Part shown: one piece after another, positions 31,556-40,305 of the stretch | Layout: every line of letters begins with the position of its first letter | Numbering within the stretch: the first letter of the stretch is position 1 | Virus record (IMG/VR): IMGVR_UViG_3300000032_000001 | Length of the DNA stretch: 49,747 nucleotides | From: a virus | Strand: one strand, 5' to 3' | Program-made: the position numbers and the translations under genes | Notes under the pieces: generated by a model | What the model was told of the DNA's origin: nothing | The model's input: only the letters and a program-made list of their open reading frames with translations | The model's database searches: none

Positions 31556-31786
31556 CTATGCCCTCTTCCAGGGCGGTAAAGTTGATGCCGCCTCGTCTTC
31601 AATGTCTGGTATCGTCAAGGTGACACCGGCGGGGAAAATTACTGTGCTGATATGCGTCGGATTAGCTTGCATAAGAGTAGACGCCTGAAACTCATCATTA
31701 TATTGCTGTAGGGCAATAATATCAAAGGTATCACCTTGTTTAGTTATATACGTATCAGCCAAATGACACCCGCTCCTTATCGGCAA
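31556..31786 (-). CDS. P2 gpX-like LysM tail protein
   Basis: YITKQGDTFDIIALQQYNDEF...ANP...FPAGVTLTIP. The true start is probably internal, because the ORF overlaps the tape-measure end. Confidence 0.65.
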   Translation of the reverse strand: MPIRSGCHLADTYITKQGDTFDIIALQQYNDEFQASTLMQANPTHISTVIFPAGVTLTIPDIEDEAASTLPPWKRA

Positions 31787-33473
31787 AATACCGCTCCAAC
31801 CATATTTTGAATTCCTCGAAGGACATAGCCAAAGCCTGCTTTACTTCCGGGCCGCTGCCGCCCTGAATTACCGGCGCGTAAGTAATAGTGACATCGCCTG
31901 AGCGGCCTTTCAGGATCTGTGTCGCCTGACTGAGCAGGCCCAGGCTCCGGGGTGTACGCTGCAGCGGGATAGCCATTTCCGGGCCGCGCTCTGCAAAGAT
32001 AGAGGCCTGGGTTGCAATGCCACCAAGGGCGAACTTGGGAAGCGGTATCAGGGGAATATTCAGAGCCTTCCCGCCAAAATTAGGTATCCAGTCGGGTATT
32101 TTAACACCATTTATGGCTTGAATTACTGCATTTACCTGGTTAATCATGCCTTTTATCGGCAACAGGAGCAGGTTTCCGATCCCTTTGAATATATTACCGA
32201 ACACCTCTTTTACGCCTTTCCATGCTTTTGCCCAGTCGCCGGTAAAAACACCCGTAATAAAGTCCAGCAGCCCCCCGAGTATACCAAATACATTTTTTAT
32301 CGTCGGCCAGAGAGCGTTAAAGGCTCCGGCAAGCACGTAAACTATGAACTTACCAACTACTTTTAACACGGGAGCTAGTGCCTTTAATGCGTCGCTAAAC
32401 TCGCCAAGTATGGGTATCAGCACCTTACCTATCTGTAATGCAATCGGCTGCAATTTCTTAAACAGCAAAACCAAAATCGGGGCAGCTATATCCCATATGG
32501 TTTTTACAACCTCAAAGACGCCCTGACCCAACTTCTGCAGCACCGGCATAAAGGGCTGGACATACTTTATCAGTGTCTGAAAGCCCTTATTTTTACCTAA
32601 ATTATTCAGACCGCCAAATACTTTGTCCGTAAGGGACATTATTCCCGACGCAAGGCGGGTAAAAAAGCTTGTCTTTTTGCCGGTATCGTCTACAAATTTT
32701 CCAAAAGCGTTACTGGCATACGTCAAAGCCTGGCGTATTGTCGGCTTCATTTTCTTAAAATTTTTGTCTATTGCGCCCGACTGTGACTGCAGGGCCTTAA
32801 CAATGATATCAGCAGTCAAAACACCGTCTGCGCCTAACTGCTTGAGGTCGCCTGTCGCTACTCCCAGCCCCTCAGCCATGGCCTTAGCCAAATACGGAGC
32901 ATTTTCGAGGATAGACCGCAGTTCATCACCCTGCAGCCTGCCGGAGGCTAACGCCTGGCTAAATTGCATGATGGCAGCCTCGTTCTGCTGGGTAGTCCCG
33001 CCGCCGACAATCAGCGCTTTATTTACCAACTCAGTGAGCTTTAAGACATCATTATTGGCTAGTCCTAACTGCTTGGCGTTCATGGCAACTTTGGCGTACA
33101 GATCGCCTGTAGCCTCGTATGACTGCCGTGTCTTTTGAGATATTTCATATAACTTGTTTAGGGATTCCTGCTGCTGCTGAACGCTGTCGGTTACAAGACC
33201 GACCCTTGACCGGACGGTTGTCCAGGCGTCGGCTACTTCAACGATTTTTTGAACGCTCATAACAGCCGCTAAAGTTCCGGCCAGAGCTGCAGCCTGTCCA
33301 AGTATCATATTTTTTGCCGATGCTGATACTTTGTTTAGCTTACTGGCCGATTTTTCCGCTGTCTGGGCCAGCTTCTGGGTTTGGCCTGCTGCTCTTGTCA
33401 GAGCCAGCTGCAGGGACGGATCAACTTTGCCGGCCAGAGTAATTAATGCTCTCAATTCTTTAGTGGTGGCCAC
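31755..33473 (-). CDS. Tail tape measure protein
   Basis: 572 aa, GTG start, helical and Ala/Gly-rich, with a hydrophobic central segment. It follows the chaperone frameshift pair. Confidence 0.85.
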   Translation of the reverse strand: MATTKELRALITLAGKVDPSLQLALTRAAGQTQKLAQTAEKSASKLNKVSASAKNMILGQAAALAGTLAAVMSVQKIVEVADAWTTVRSRVGLVTDSVQQQQESLNKLYEISQKTRQSYEATGDLYAKVAMNAKQLGLANNDVLKLTELVNKALIVGGGTTQQNEAAIMQFSQALASGRLQGDELRSILENAPYLAKAMAEGLGVATGDLKQLGADGVLTADIIVKALQSQSGAIDKNFKKMKPTIRQALTYASNAFGKFVDDTGKKTSFFTRLASGIMSLTDKVFGGLNNLGKNKGFQTLIKYVQPFMPVLQKLGQGVFEVVKTIWDIAAPILVLLFKKLQPIALQIGKVLIPILGEFSDALKALAPVLKVVGKFIVYVLAGAFNALWPTIKNVFGILGGLLDFITGVFTGDWAKAWKGVKEVFGNIFKGIGNLLLLPIKGMINQVNAVIQAINGVKIPDWIPNFGGKALNIPLIPLPKFALGGIATQASIFAERGPEMAIPLQRTPRSLGLLSQATQILKGRSGDVTITYAPVIQGGSGPEVKQALAMSFEEFKIWLERYFADKERVSFG

Positions 33474-33953
33474 CCGTCCCAGCCTCCTTCCTCATCCGCT
33501 TGGCTTCCTCGCATAGTGTTTCGTAAAAGTCAACAAAATCAGCAATCGGCAGGGCATAACAATACTCTGCCGATGTTGACGTATTTAGCGTTATCTGGGC
33601 AACAGCCTTTTTCAGGTAGTCGTCGGGGACTGTCCCGCCGATTCGATGTAGAAAAAATCCCTGGCCAGAGCTCCCCCTTTTTGAGCATCTTTGGCCGAAA
33701 TTCTCAGCACGTCGGATATGTCTATACCGGGATCAGCCTTATTAACGGCGCCGGCAAAAAGATACAGGTGATAGTCTGAGTCAAGCTCTTCCACGGTTAC
33801 CAGTACGCCGTCAGATTTAATCCTTTTGCCGACATTCAACTTGTCACGGGCCGTCATGTTTTCGAAATCATAGGTTAGTTCGGTCACTTCGGCGCCGTTG
33901 ATCATGATCGGTTTTGTAAGTGGTAATTTTTCAGGCATAAATTTTACCTCCAT
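33460..33953 (-). CDS. Tail assembly chaperone -1 frameshift product (gpGT / P2 E+E'-like)
   Basis: After T TTT TTC, the -1 frame stays open for 64 codons (FLHRIGGTVPDDYLKKAVAQ...LCEEAKRMRKEAGTGGHH). It stops at 33460..33462, just inside the tape-measure gene. Confidence 0.6.
33612..33953 (-). CDS. Tail assembly chaperone (gpG / P2 E-like)
   Basis: 113 aa, located between the tube and tape-measure genes, with a slippery heptamer near its 3' end. Confidence 0.75.
   Translation of the reverse strand: MEVKFMPEKLPLTKPIMINGAEVTELTYDFENMTARDKLNVGKRIKSDGVLVTVEELDSDYHLYLFAGAVNKADPGIDISDVLRISAKDAQKGGALARDFFYIESAGQSPTTT
33651..33657 (-). promoter_or_regulatory. Programmed -1 ribosomal frameshift heptamer T TTT TTC
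   Basis: The zero frame reads GAT TTT TTC, 13 codons before the chaperone stop. Confidence 0.6.
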
Positions 33954-33996
33954 GTAATTATTTCACGTGGAATATTTTATCCGGAGGCTGCCCCGG

Positions 33997-34503
33997 TTAA
34001 AGAGCAGCCTTTATGTCGGCCATATAATCTGTACCGTTGACCACATACTGGTATTTGAATTTGTCAATCAGCAGCGTTTCTACTCCTTCGATCACCTGCC
34101 GGTACCGAAGCACCTCGAACTCTATACTTCCGTCCATGGTTGCCCCCTGCTCAACTTTGCCGGGGCCGTACTTTTTGAGTACGCCGGTTATAAAGATTTT
34201 TGCGCCGGCAGGAATCACCGATCCGTCAGCCTGGACGACATCACGCACGAAACGCAGTTCAAGGCTCTGCTTCCCGGTTTTGGCAAGCGCAGCTGATTTT
34301 TTGTTTATTGCCCGGGAGTTGATAACAAATGTCAGGGCGTTTATCTGGCCAGGAGAAGGCATATCGACGGTACCTAATATCCCGGCTCCTTTTACCTCAG
34401 TTGTGCCAAATTCGATGGACGGCAGCTCGCAAGATACGTTGTCGTCTATTTCTACGCTGTCAGCAAATAGCTTGTGCGCAATTACGTTGCCGGATATAAT
34501 CAT
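33997..34503 (-). CDS. Tail tube protein (P2 FII-like)
   Basis: 168 aa, located immediately after the sheath gene. It contains ELPSIEFGTTEVKGAGILG. Confidence 0.7.
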   Translation of the reverse strand: MIISGNVIAHKLFADSVEIDDNVSCELPSIEFGTTEVKGAGILGTVDMPSPGQINALTFVINSRAINKKSAALAKTGKQSLELRFVRDVVQADGSVIPAGAKIFITGVLKKYGPGKVEQGATMDGSIEFEVLRYRQVIEGVETLLIDKFKYQYVVNGTDYMADIKAAL

Positions 34504-35411
34504 GCCTCTTCACCTCCAAACAACGTGTCGATTCCTTTTGTCGTGTAGGATACCTTAGCGGTCAGGCTCTTACCGGGGACGGCAGGAGTGCTGGACACAT
34601 CAAAGACAAAATCGCCCTCAACGATATCGCTGGTCGGGTTGCTGGTCTCATTGAAGATGATCGTCCCGTAGATCAACGCTCCTTGTGCAATCAGCCCGTC
34701 AAGGTACTCCTGAAAATCATTCAGGATGGTATCTACTCGCGCCCTGGTCATCGGCTGATCCACCAGGAGACCATAATTTACCTGGAACTGGTTCATCAGG
34801 TGATAGAGCATCCGGACGTTGCTGTCGAATTTGTCTTTCGGGTCCATATCGGCGCCGTAGGTATAGGCCCCGGTATGCGGTCCCCAGAGACGCCATTTAC
34901 CGCCCCAGTAGATACAAGTTTTGATTCCGGCAGCGTTAAGCTCATTGGCCTGTGCCTGGTCGTAAACCATATCGTCACCACTGGCCAGGACCAGCCCTGT
35001 TATATCAACCTGTTTATTGCTGGGTGATTCAAATGGTACATTATTGTTGTTGTAGTCCACCCACTGCATCGTGACCGTTGTCAGGGTGGACAAGTGAAAG
35101 ACGCGGTCTCCGTTTTTGGCCAAGGGCCAGCAGGGAGATTCCCCGGCGCCGTCGTATCCGTTTGTCGATTTCCAGGTTATCGCCTCAGCCAGCGTTATGG
35201 CTCCTGTGGCGTCTGTTGTGTCAAGGTTTGAGTTGACCCAGGCATACCAATGCCCGTTGATTTTCTGGCTTGCCGCTTTTAAAGCTGCATCAACGTCGGG
35301 ATCATGGCTCCAGCCGGGAGCGTCCATGATCGTCGGTATCATGTTGTGTGTCAGGTACACAAGGTCAACTGCGCTTATGCCGGTCTTGACCGTGCCTGCA
35401 ACCCCACGCAC
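34500..35411 (-). CDS. Tail sheath protein, C-terminal fragment (frameshifted)
   Basis: GVAGTVKTGISAVDLVY... plus a conserved sheath C-terminal domain. A GTG pseudo-start follows an in-frame TAA. Confidence 0.75.
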   Translation of the reverse strand: MRGVAGTVKTGISAVDLVYLTHNMIPTIMDAPGWSHDPDVDAALKAASQKINGHWYAWVNSNLDTTDATGAITLAEAITWKSTNGYDGAGESPCWPLAKNGDRVFHLSTLTTVTMQWVDYNNNNVPFESPSNKQVDITGLVLASGDDMVYDQAQANELNAAGIKTCIYWGGKWRLWGPHTGAYTYGADMDPKDKFDSNVRMLYHLMNQFQVNYGLLVDQPMTRARVDTILNDFQEYLDGLIAQGALIYGTIIFNETSNPTSDIVEGDFVFDVSSTPAVPGKSLTAKVSYTTKGIDTLFGGEEA

Positions 35412-35682
35412 TTACATCGTCGGCGTCAACGTCGCTTGGTTTTGCCTCGTCAAAAGTGACCGTCGCGGGAGAGGAAACGGTTGTTAGGACAGTTATAAGG
35501 ACTTGGCTTCCGTCAGGCAGATATTCCGCCGTGTAATCCGTCCCGAGAACTTTCCCTGAGATTGCTACGGTTTTCAAAATCACCTTATCGTTGTCAATGT
35601 AGCCCTTACCGTTTGTCAGGGTTACGCTGGCAGTCTGATCCGCTGTCTGGTGTGTGTCCGGGTCCATGACATTGATTAGCAC
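35365..35682 (-). CDS. Tail sheath protein, middle fragment (frameshifted)
   Basis: (IGPIV)LINVMDPDTHQT... is typical of a sheath. The frame is open upstream to about 35700. Confidence 0.7.
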   Translation of the reverse strand: MLINVMDPDTHQTADQTASVTLTNGKGYIDNDKVILKTVAISGKVLGTDYTAEYLPDGSQVLITVLTTVSSPATVTFDEAKPSDVDADDVSAWGCRHGQDRHKRS

Positions 35683-35690
35683 GATAGGAC

Positions 35691-35954
35691 CTATCGCCTG
35701 AATGTCGTTTTGAAATGCGCGTATATTGCCTCACAAAGATCAAAGTCAGTCCAATTATCATCGTTATAGCCGCATTTTGAGACTGCATCATTAAAACTTG
35801 AGACAAGGATCGGCTGATTGATTTTGTCACTGTAATCCGCCAGCTGATGCACCGGCAGCCGGCCAAAATACACCGGCAGCGTCGATACTCCAGAGGGCGG
35901 TACAAAATCTTTAGTGGCAAGTAAATCAGCAAATGCGCCGTGTTTGTATGGCAT
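35691..35954 (-). CDS. Tail sheath protein, N-terminal fragment (frameshifted)
   Basis: MPYKHGAFADLLATKDFVPPSGVSTLPVYFG... The ORF ends at a stop right after a TTCAAAAC run. Confidence 0.7.
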   Translation of the reverse strand: MPYKHGAFADLLATKDFVPPSGVSTLPVYFGRLPVHQLADYSDKINQPILVSSFNDAVSKCGYNDDNWTDFDLCEAIYAHFKTTFRR

Positions 35955-35969
35955 TATCTGACCACCTTC

Positions 35970-36482
35970 CTATAGGTATTCCTTTACGATTTCCGAGGGT
36001 GGATAACTCCGCCTCCCGGTTGAAAATGTAATCCAGCCGTACCAGTACGGGTACGGCTGTTCTTGATACATCCCCCACTTTACGGGAGGAGAAACGATTC
36101 TATTTTTCAGCAGCTCCGCTTTAGTCCTGTCGATCAGGTTCAGCAGGTCAAGATAACCCTGAAAATCAGGGGTGTATTTAATGCTGTCGTCGTCAGGTTC
36201 ATGGAGGCCAGGGCTGAATACCGCTGCTGAAATCCGGATATTGTATTGACCTTCTCCCCCATCATCCAAAGCCTCATCCAGCCCGACAACCAGGCAAGGG
36301 ATAGCTGAATCCATGCCTTCAGGTAAGTAGCCGTTCGGGGAAATCCAGCCGACAAAGACGTTCGGATTGTCTAAGGCATACGCTAAAACGTTATTGTCGT
36401 TAGCCTGCTGAAGCTGTATGTTCGGGGCTACATTTGCCAATAAAAAATCCCGGATTTCCTCCAGGATTGCAACGGTTGACAT
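35970..36482 (-). CDS. Hypothetical tail completion/terminator-position protein
   Basis: 170-aa ORF between the head-tail joining genes and the sheath gene. Confidence 0.45.
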   Translation of the reverse strand: MSTVAILEEIRDFLLANVAPNIQLQQANDNNVLAYALDNPNVFVGWISPNGYLPEGMDSAIPCLVVGLDEALDDGGEGQYNIRISAAVFSPGLHEPDDDSIKYTPDFQGYLDLLNLIDRTKAELLKNRIVSPPVKWGMYQEQPYPYWYGWITFSTGRRSYPPSEIVKEYL

Positions 36483-36488
36483 ATTTGT

Positions 36489-37100
36489 TTACCTCTTCGG
36501 TATTTTTATTTTGGTCATCCTGTATATGATTTCATGTTCCAGGCGTTCCGAGAGCTTGTTATTCGCCGCCTCCTGAATTTGATCGGCCACTTTTTTGATA
36601 GTGACCATCTGAGGGACGGACAGAGTATACAATGGCTTAATCGGCAGTCTCGGTTTGCCAAGCCGGACAAAGACATTGTATTGGATCTTATCTGCTGACT
36701 TGGCCCCTGTTTTTGCAATGAAAGGCAGGGGCTTGGTTGTTATCGCCTTCCTGCCTTGTCCTCGTTTTACCGCTACTTTGACCGCATATTTGCCCTTCCT
36801 GGGGGCCATCGGCGAATGGGGGAACCGGGCCAGCGTCAGGGTGCGGCCAACAATCAGCAACCCCATGCTCCGTATACGGTTGCCGCCGCTTTTGTTAATC
36901 GGTTTGTAAAGACTTTTTACAAAGCTGCTCTTAACGGAGTATTCCTTACTGACCAGCTGGGCAGTCTTTGTTTTTACGTGATCCATTGTCCGGGTTAGGG
37001 CCGCATAAGTAGCCTCAGAGAGTTCACTTTCAAAGCCTTTCAGCTCTTTTACAAGTCGGTCAATCTGCTTTGTGTCCAGGTATATCGTGCCTTTTGTCAC
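36489..37100 (-). CDS. Putative tail completion / head-tail joining protein
   Basis: 203 aa. The call rests on position and a weak resemblance to gpZ/HK97 gp10-type proteins. Confidence 0.4.
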   Translation of the reverse strand: MTKGTIYLDTKQIDRLVKELKGFESELSEATYAALTRTMDHVKTKTAQLVSKEYSVKSSFVKSLYKPINKSGGNRIRSMGLLIVGRTLTLARFPHSPMAPRKGKYAVKVAVKRGQGRKAITTKPLPFIAKTGAKSADKIQYNVFVRLGKPRLPIKPLYTLSVPQMVTIKKVADQIQEAANNKLSERLEHEIIYRMTKIKIPKR

Positions 37101-37102
37101 GG

Positions 37103-37432
37103 CTAATACCCCCGGTTTTGTCCCAGGATGATTTCATAGACGCCCATATCCTCTTTGCAATCGATGACGTACATCTGCCGGCCGTCAAAAATTTGAGGAG
37201 TGCCCTCTTCAGGACGCTCCCCAAAATCTTCAGCCTTTACGTAATAGAGGATTTCCCCTATGCTGATGCCGTCGTATTCACTGCCATATTCCGCTTGTGT
37301 CCGCTTTTTAAGCTGGTCCCTGTCAACCACCACGGAGAGCGTGCGGCTGTCAATCACATGTTCCTCGGCAAACTCATCCAGGTTAACAAAGGTATCCAGA
37401 TCCTCAGCTATTTGATCTTTCAGCCCGGCCAT
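37103..37432 (-). CDS. Putative head-tail connector protein
   Basis: 109-aa acidic ORF. The call is positional only. Confidence 0.4.
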   Translation of the reverse strand: MAGLKDQIAEDLDTFVNLDEFAEEHVIDSRTLSVVVDRDQLKKRTQAEYGSEYDGISIGEILYYVKAEDFGERPEEGTPQIFDGRQMYVIDCKEDMGVYEIILGQNRGY

Positions 37433-37433
37433 G

Positions 37434-38147
37434 TTACATCCATTCCAGGGTTACGGTGATGGTGCCCAGCGCGTAAGATGTCGCAGCTCCGGATGCCAGC
37501 TTCAGGCACAGAGCGTCACCAGCAACAAGCTCTTCTTTGCCGTCGGTTACAGCAGCCTTGCTGACCGGAGTGTTCGCTGTGCTGGTCAGGTCCCATGCAG
37601 CCGCCAGTACAACGTCACCGGCGCCGGGGGCCTCTCCGGTATTCAGCTTCTCAATTGTCAGGGTACCCGCCTGCCCCGCTACAGTTACATGGCGTTCATA
37701 GGCGCTGATAACCTTGCAAGGCGCCGGAGCAATAAAAAAGGTCTTGGCTACATCGGCAGCCGCTACCTGGGGATAATTGACCGTGAAACGGGAGCCTTTT
37801 ACAAACTGCCCGGCTGATTCGATAGCCGAACCGTCGAGTTTTACTTTTGCGGTCGTACCGGCTGTTAATTTTGCCTCTACACAGATTCCAGCGGGTGTAT
37901 TATCTGCTGATACCTTTGTAAGTTCCTCATTCGTGGCGTCCCAGAAAAGCCGGTCACCTACGACAAATGCTACGGAATTTATTGCTGCAAGCTCCCAGAC
38001 GCCTTCCAGGTGTACTGATCCAGTGGCAGAGGCGGCAATCGCTTCACCGGCGATACCGATACAATTTGTCAGTGGAACGACATCGCCGTATGAAATAGCA
38101 GAGCCGCCGTTTACATAATCAATTGTTTTTCCGTCTTGTACGAACAT
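37434..38147 (-). CDS. DUF2190-like head decoration/cement protein
   Basis: The N-terminal GDVVPLTNCIGIAGEAIAASATGSVHLEGVWEL pattern is followed by a second similar domain. The gene follows the capsid gene. Confidence 0.45.
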   Translation of the reverse strand: MFVQDGKTIDYVNGGSAISYGDVVPLTNCIGIAGEAIAASATGSVHLEGVWELAAINSVAFVVGDRLFWDATNEELTKVSADNTPAGICVEAKLTAGTTAKVKLDGSAIESAGQFVKGSRFTVNYPQVAAADVAKTFFIAPAPCKVISAYERHVTVAGQAGTLTIEKLNTGEAPGAGDVVLAAAWDLTSTANTPVSKAAVTDGKEELVAGDALCLKLASGAATSYALGTITVTLEWM

Positions 38148-38177
38148 ATGTTCTTATCCTCCTTGATTAATTTATAC

Positions 38178-39635
38178 TTAGGCCGCAGCCTTGCCGGGGT
38201 TGCAGTACAGACCACGGTAGTCAATGACGGTCACGCCGTAGTCGATAAAGATGCGCCACTTGATCCCGAGGAAGTCAAAACCGACCTGGCTTTCAAGCTT
38301 CGGCATATCACTGCCGTTAAGAAAGGCCACTTCGATAGTGTCAATATCTCCGGGAGCAGCTGCCAGATACCAGGCGTATTCGTGAGTCGTATCGATCTCA
38401 GCGTCAACGACAAGGGATAGAGCGTTCCGGAATACGTTAGCAACGCCGGAATGGTCCCCAGCCGGATCGGCGATTGACCACAGGAACTGTTGAGAATCGG
38501 TTTCTAAGGCTGCCGGGACCAGCAGGAACGAAGGCGCGATGTTTAGTGTTTCCAGGCCGCGAAGATTTTTCTGTTTCCGCATAGCCGTGCGCCCGGCGCT
38601 GACTGTGCTTGTCCCGATATAATCTCCAGTACCGGCCAGGTTTGCATGGTCAGTGTGAAAAAGGGCCTTGGTATCGTATATTGTGACATTGTCATTGAGC
38701 TGCTTGTAAACCAGCTTATTTATGCCGCGAGCGGCTGCCCTGACGTATGCTTCCGGTACTCTGACCAGCATCCCGAGATCGTCGTTGATCAGTGCCTGCC
38801 GGGTAAATCCCCAGCTACGACCAAATGTGGCCAGACTGCGCGAAACGCCCTGGTCCTGCACTTCATCGAACTTGAACTCACCGGATTGCGTCATTTCTTC
38901 CAGTTCTCCGGCTTCAGAGATTTGATATATTTTTGTCGCCTTAAAATCTACCAGGCTGCCCCGGCTGGTCCATGCCTGGTAGGTAGTGACCGCCGCCCGG
39001 TATGCCTGAGCCATGGATTTGTTTACCGTGTTGTCCAAGATACCGGAGAACTGGCTATCCGGAGTCAGTGCTTCACGGAACAGGGCATCGTCATCCATCC
39101 GGTGAGCGTTTGCCCTGCCTTTACGCAAAACGCAATCTACGGCCAGGTCACGCAGCCGCATACCCCGCAGGTCTGTAGCTCCGGGAGCTGGTTTCTCGAT
39201 TACTTTACCCGCACGCAGGAGGATACCGTCGGAAGCTGCCGCCCTGAATTTATCAGCCTCTTCCCGGACAACACTAACAACAACGGGGCCTTTTTCTCTC
39301 GTTAGTTTCTCAATTACCGCCGCCCTGACCTGGTCAAGGTTTGCGCCGCTATCGATATGGTCCTTGGGATCAATCTCAAACTCCCGGCACAGGGCTGTGA
39401 TGTCACTAACGCGCTGTCTTTCAGCCTTAACCGCTCTATCGGTGTCGGACTGGACTGTAATAGCCCTTTCCTCTTCTGCAATCTCTTTATTCAGAGTATC
39501 AATATCTCGCTGCAGAGCATCAAATTCAGTCTGTTCCTCCGCAGCCAGATCACGCCCTGCAGCTTTGGCGCTGTTTATGATCTCCTGCTGCCTTGCTATT
39601 TTCTTATCACGCTGTTCTTTCTTGCCCAATTCCAT
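38178..39635 (-). CDS. Major capsid protein, HK97 fold, with N-terminal coiled-coil delta/scaffold domain
   Basis: 485 aa with a charged helical N-terminus of about 110 aa. The gene follows the prohead protease gene. Confidence 0.75.
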   Translation of the reverse strand: MELGKKEQRDKKIARQQEIINSAKAAGRDLAAEEQTEFDALQRDIDTLNKEIAEEERAITVQSDTDRAVKAERQRVSDITALCREFEIDPKDHIDSGANLDQVRAAVIEKLTREKGPVVVSVVREEADKFRAAASDGILLRAGKVIEKPAPGATDLRGMRLRDLAVDCVLRKGRANAHRMDDDALFREALTPDSQFSGILDNTVNKSMAQAYRAAVTTYQAWTSRGSLVDFKATKIYQISEAGELEEMTQSGEFKFDEVQDQGVSRSLATFGRSWGFTRQALINDDLGMLVRVPEAYVRAAARGINKLVYKQLNDNVTIYDTKALFHTDHANLAGTGDYIGTSTVSAGRTAMRKQKNLRGLETLNIAPSFLLVPAALETDSQQFLWSIADPAGDHSGVANVFRNALSLVVDAEIDTTHEYAWYLAAAPGDIDTIEVAFLNGSDMPKLESQVGFDFLGIKWRIFIDYGVTVIDYRGLYCNPGKAAA

Positions 39636-39642
39636 TTACCCC

Positions 39643-40305
39643 CTATAAATAGTTTTTATTTACCTGTACTTGCCTCTGGGCGAGGCTAATAAAATAAGCG
39701 CCTGTTTCGGCGCTTTGTTCTGTTTCAGCCTGTTCCGCTTCCCTGCCAACACCGACAGTATCATCAGCCGGAACAGAGACGATTGATATTTCAAGCGGCG
39801 CCCACCTGACGGCGATATAAGCGGGGCCGGTAAAGCGGCCATTGCTGGATGCTTTTCCGGCGGCAACCTCTTCCCAAACGTCAACGGTATATCCCACGGA
39901 AACACCTTTTAGGGTGCCGCTCTGGACTTTTTGAAAGATAAGGTCTGCATCCGGATCAGGGTCAAAAATGATATCCGCATAGGTTTTTTTATCGTTTGCG
40001 TCCAGCCGGGCATTTTCTATCCGGCCAAGAACCCGGTCTCGATTATGGTTGAATAGAGACACTCCTATACTGTTAACCCGGTCAAGTAGGATGCTGTCCT
40101 CATCATGCTGAAGGATCTCCGTCCCATACCACCGGCTAACTGGCTGTTCCGAAGAAAAAGAAACGGTGACGCGTCTTTCGTCTGCATTCACTGCTCTTAC
40201 GGCCAGGTCAGTTATTATTCGCTGATCCTGTATCCCCGCCTTGGGTTTGTTGCGCTGTGGCATTTTGTGCACCACCCCCCGTCTGCCCTGAAATATCGAT
40301 CCCAA
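39643..40305 (-). CDS. Prohead maturation protease, HK97 (S78) family
   Basis: LFNHNRDRVLGRIENARLD and GTLKGVSVGY motifs. Confidence 0.7.
   Translation of the reverse strand: MGSIFQGRRGVVHKMPQRNKPKAGIQDQRIITDLAVRAVNADERRVTVSFSSEQPVSRWYGTEILQHDEDSILLDRVNSIGVSLFNHNRDRVLGRIENARLDANDKKTYADIIFDPDPDADLIFQKVQSGTLKGVSVGYTVDVWEEVAAGKASSNGRFTGPAYIAVRWAPLEISIVSVPADDTVGVGREAEQAETEQSAETGAYFISLAQRQVQVNKNYL

Noticed and set aside
35606-35932. A 108-aa minus-strand ORF in an alternative frame across the sheath gene.
   Set aside because: It overlaps two sheath fragments whose sequences are family-typical. The alternative frame has a Cys/Arg-rich, nonsense-like composition.
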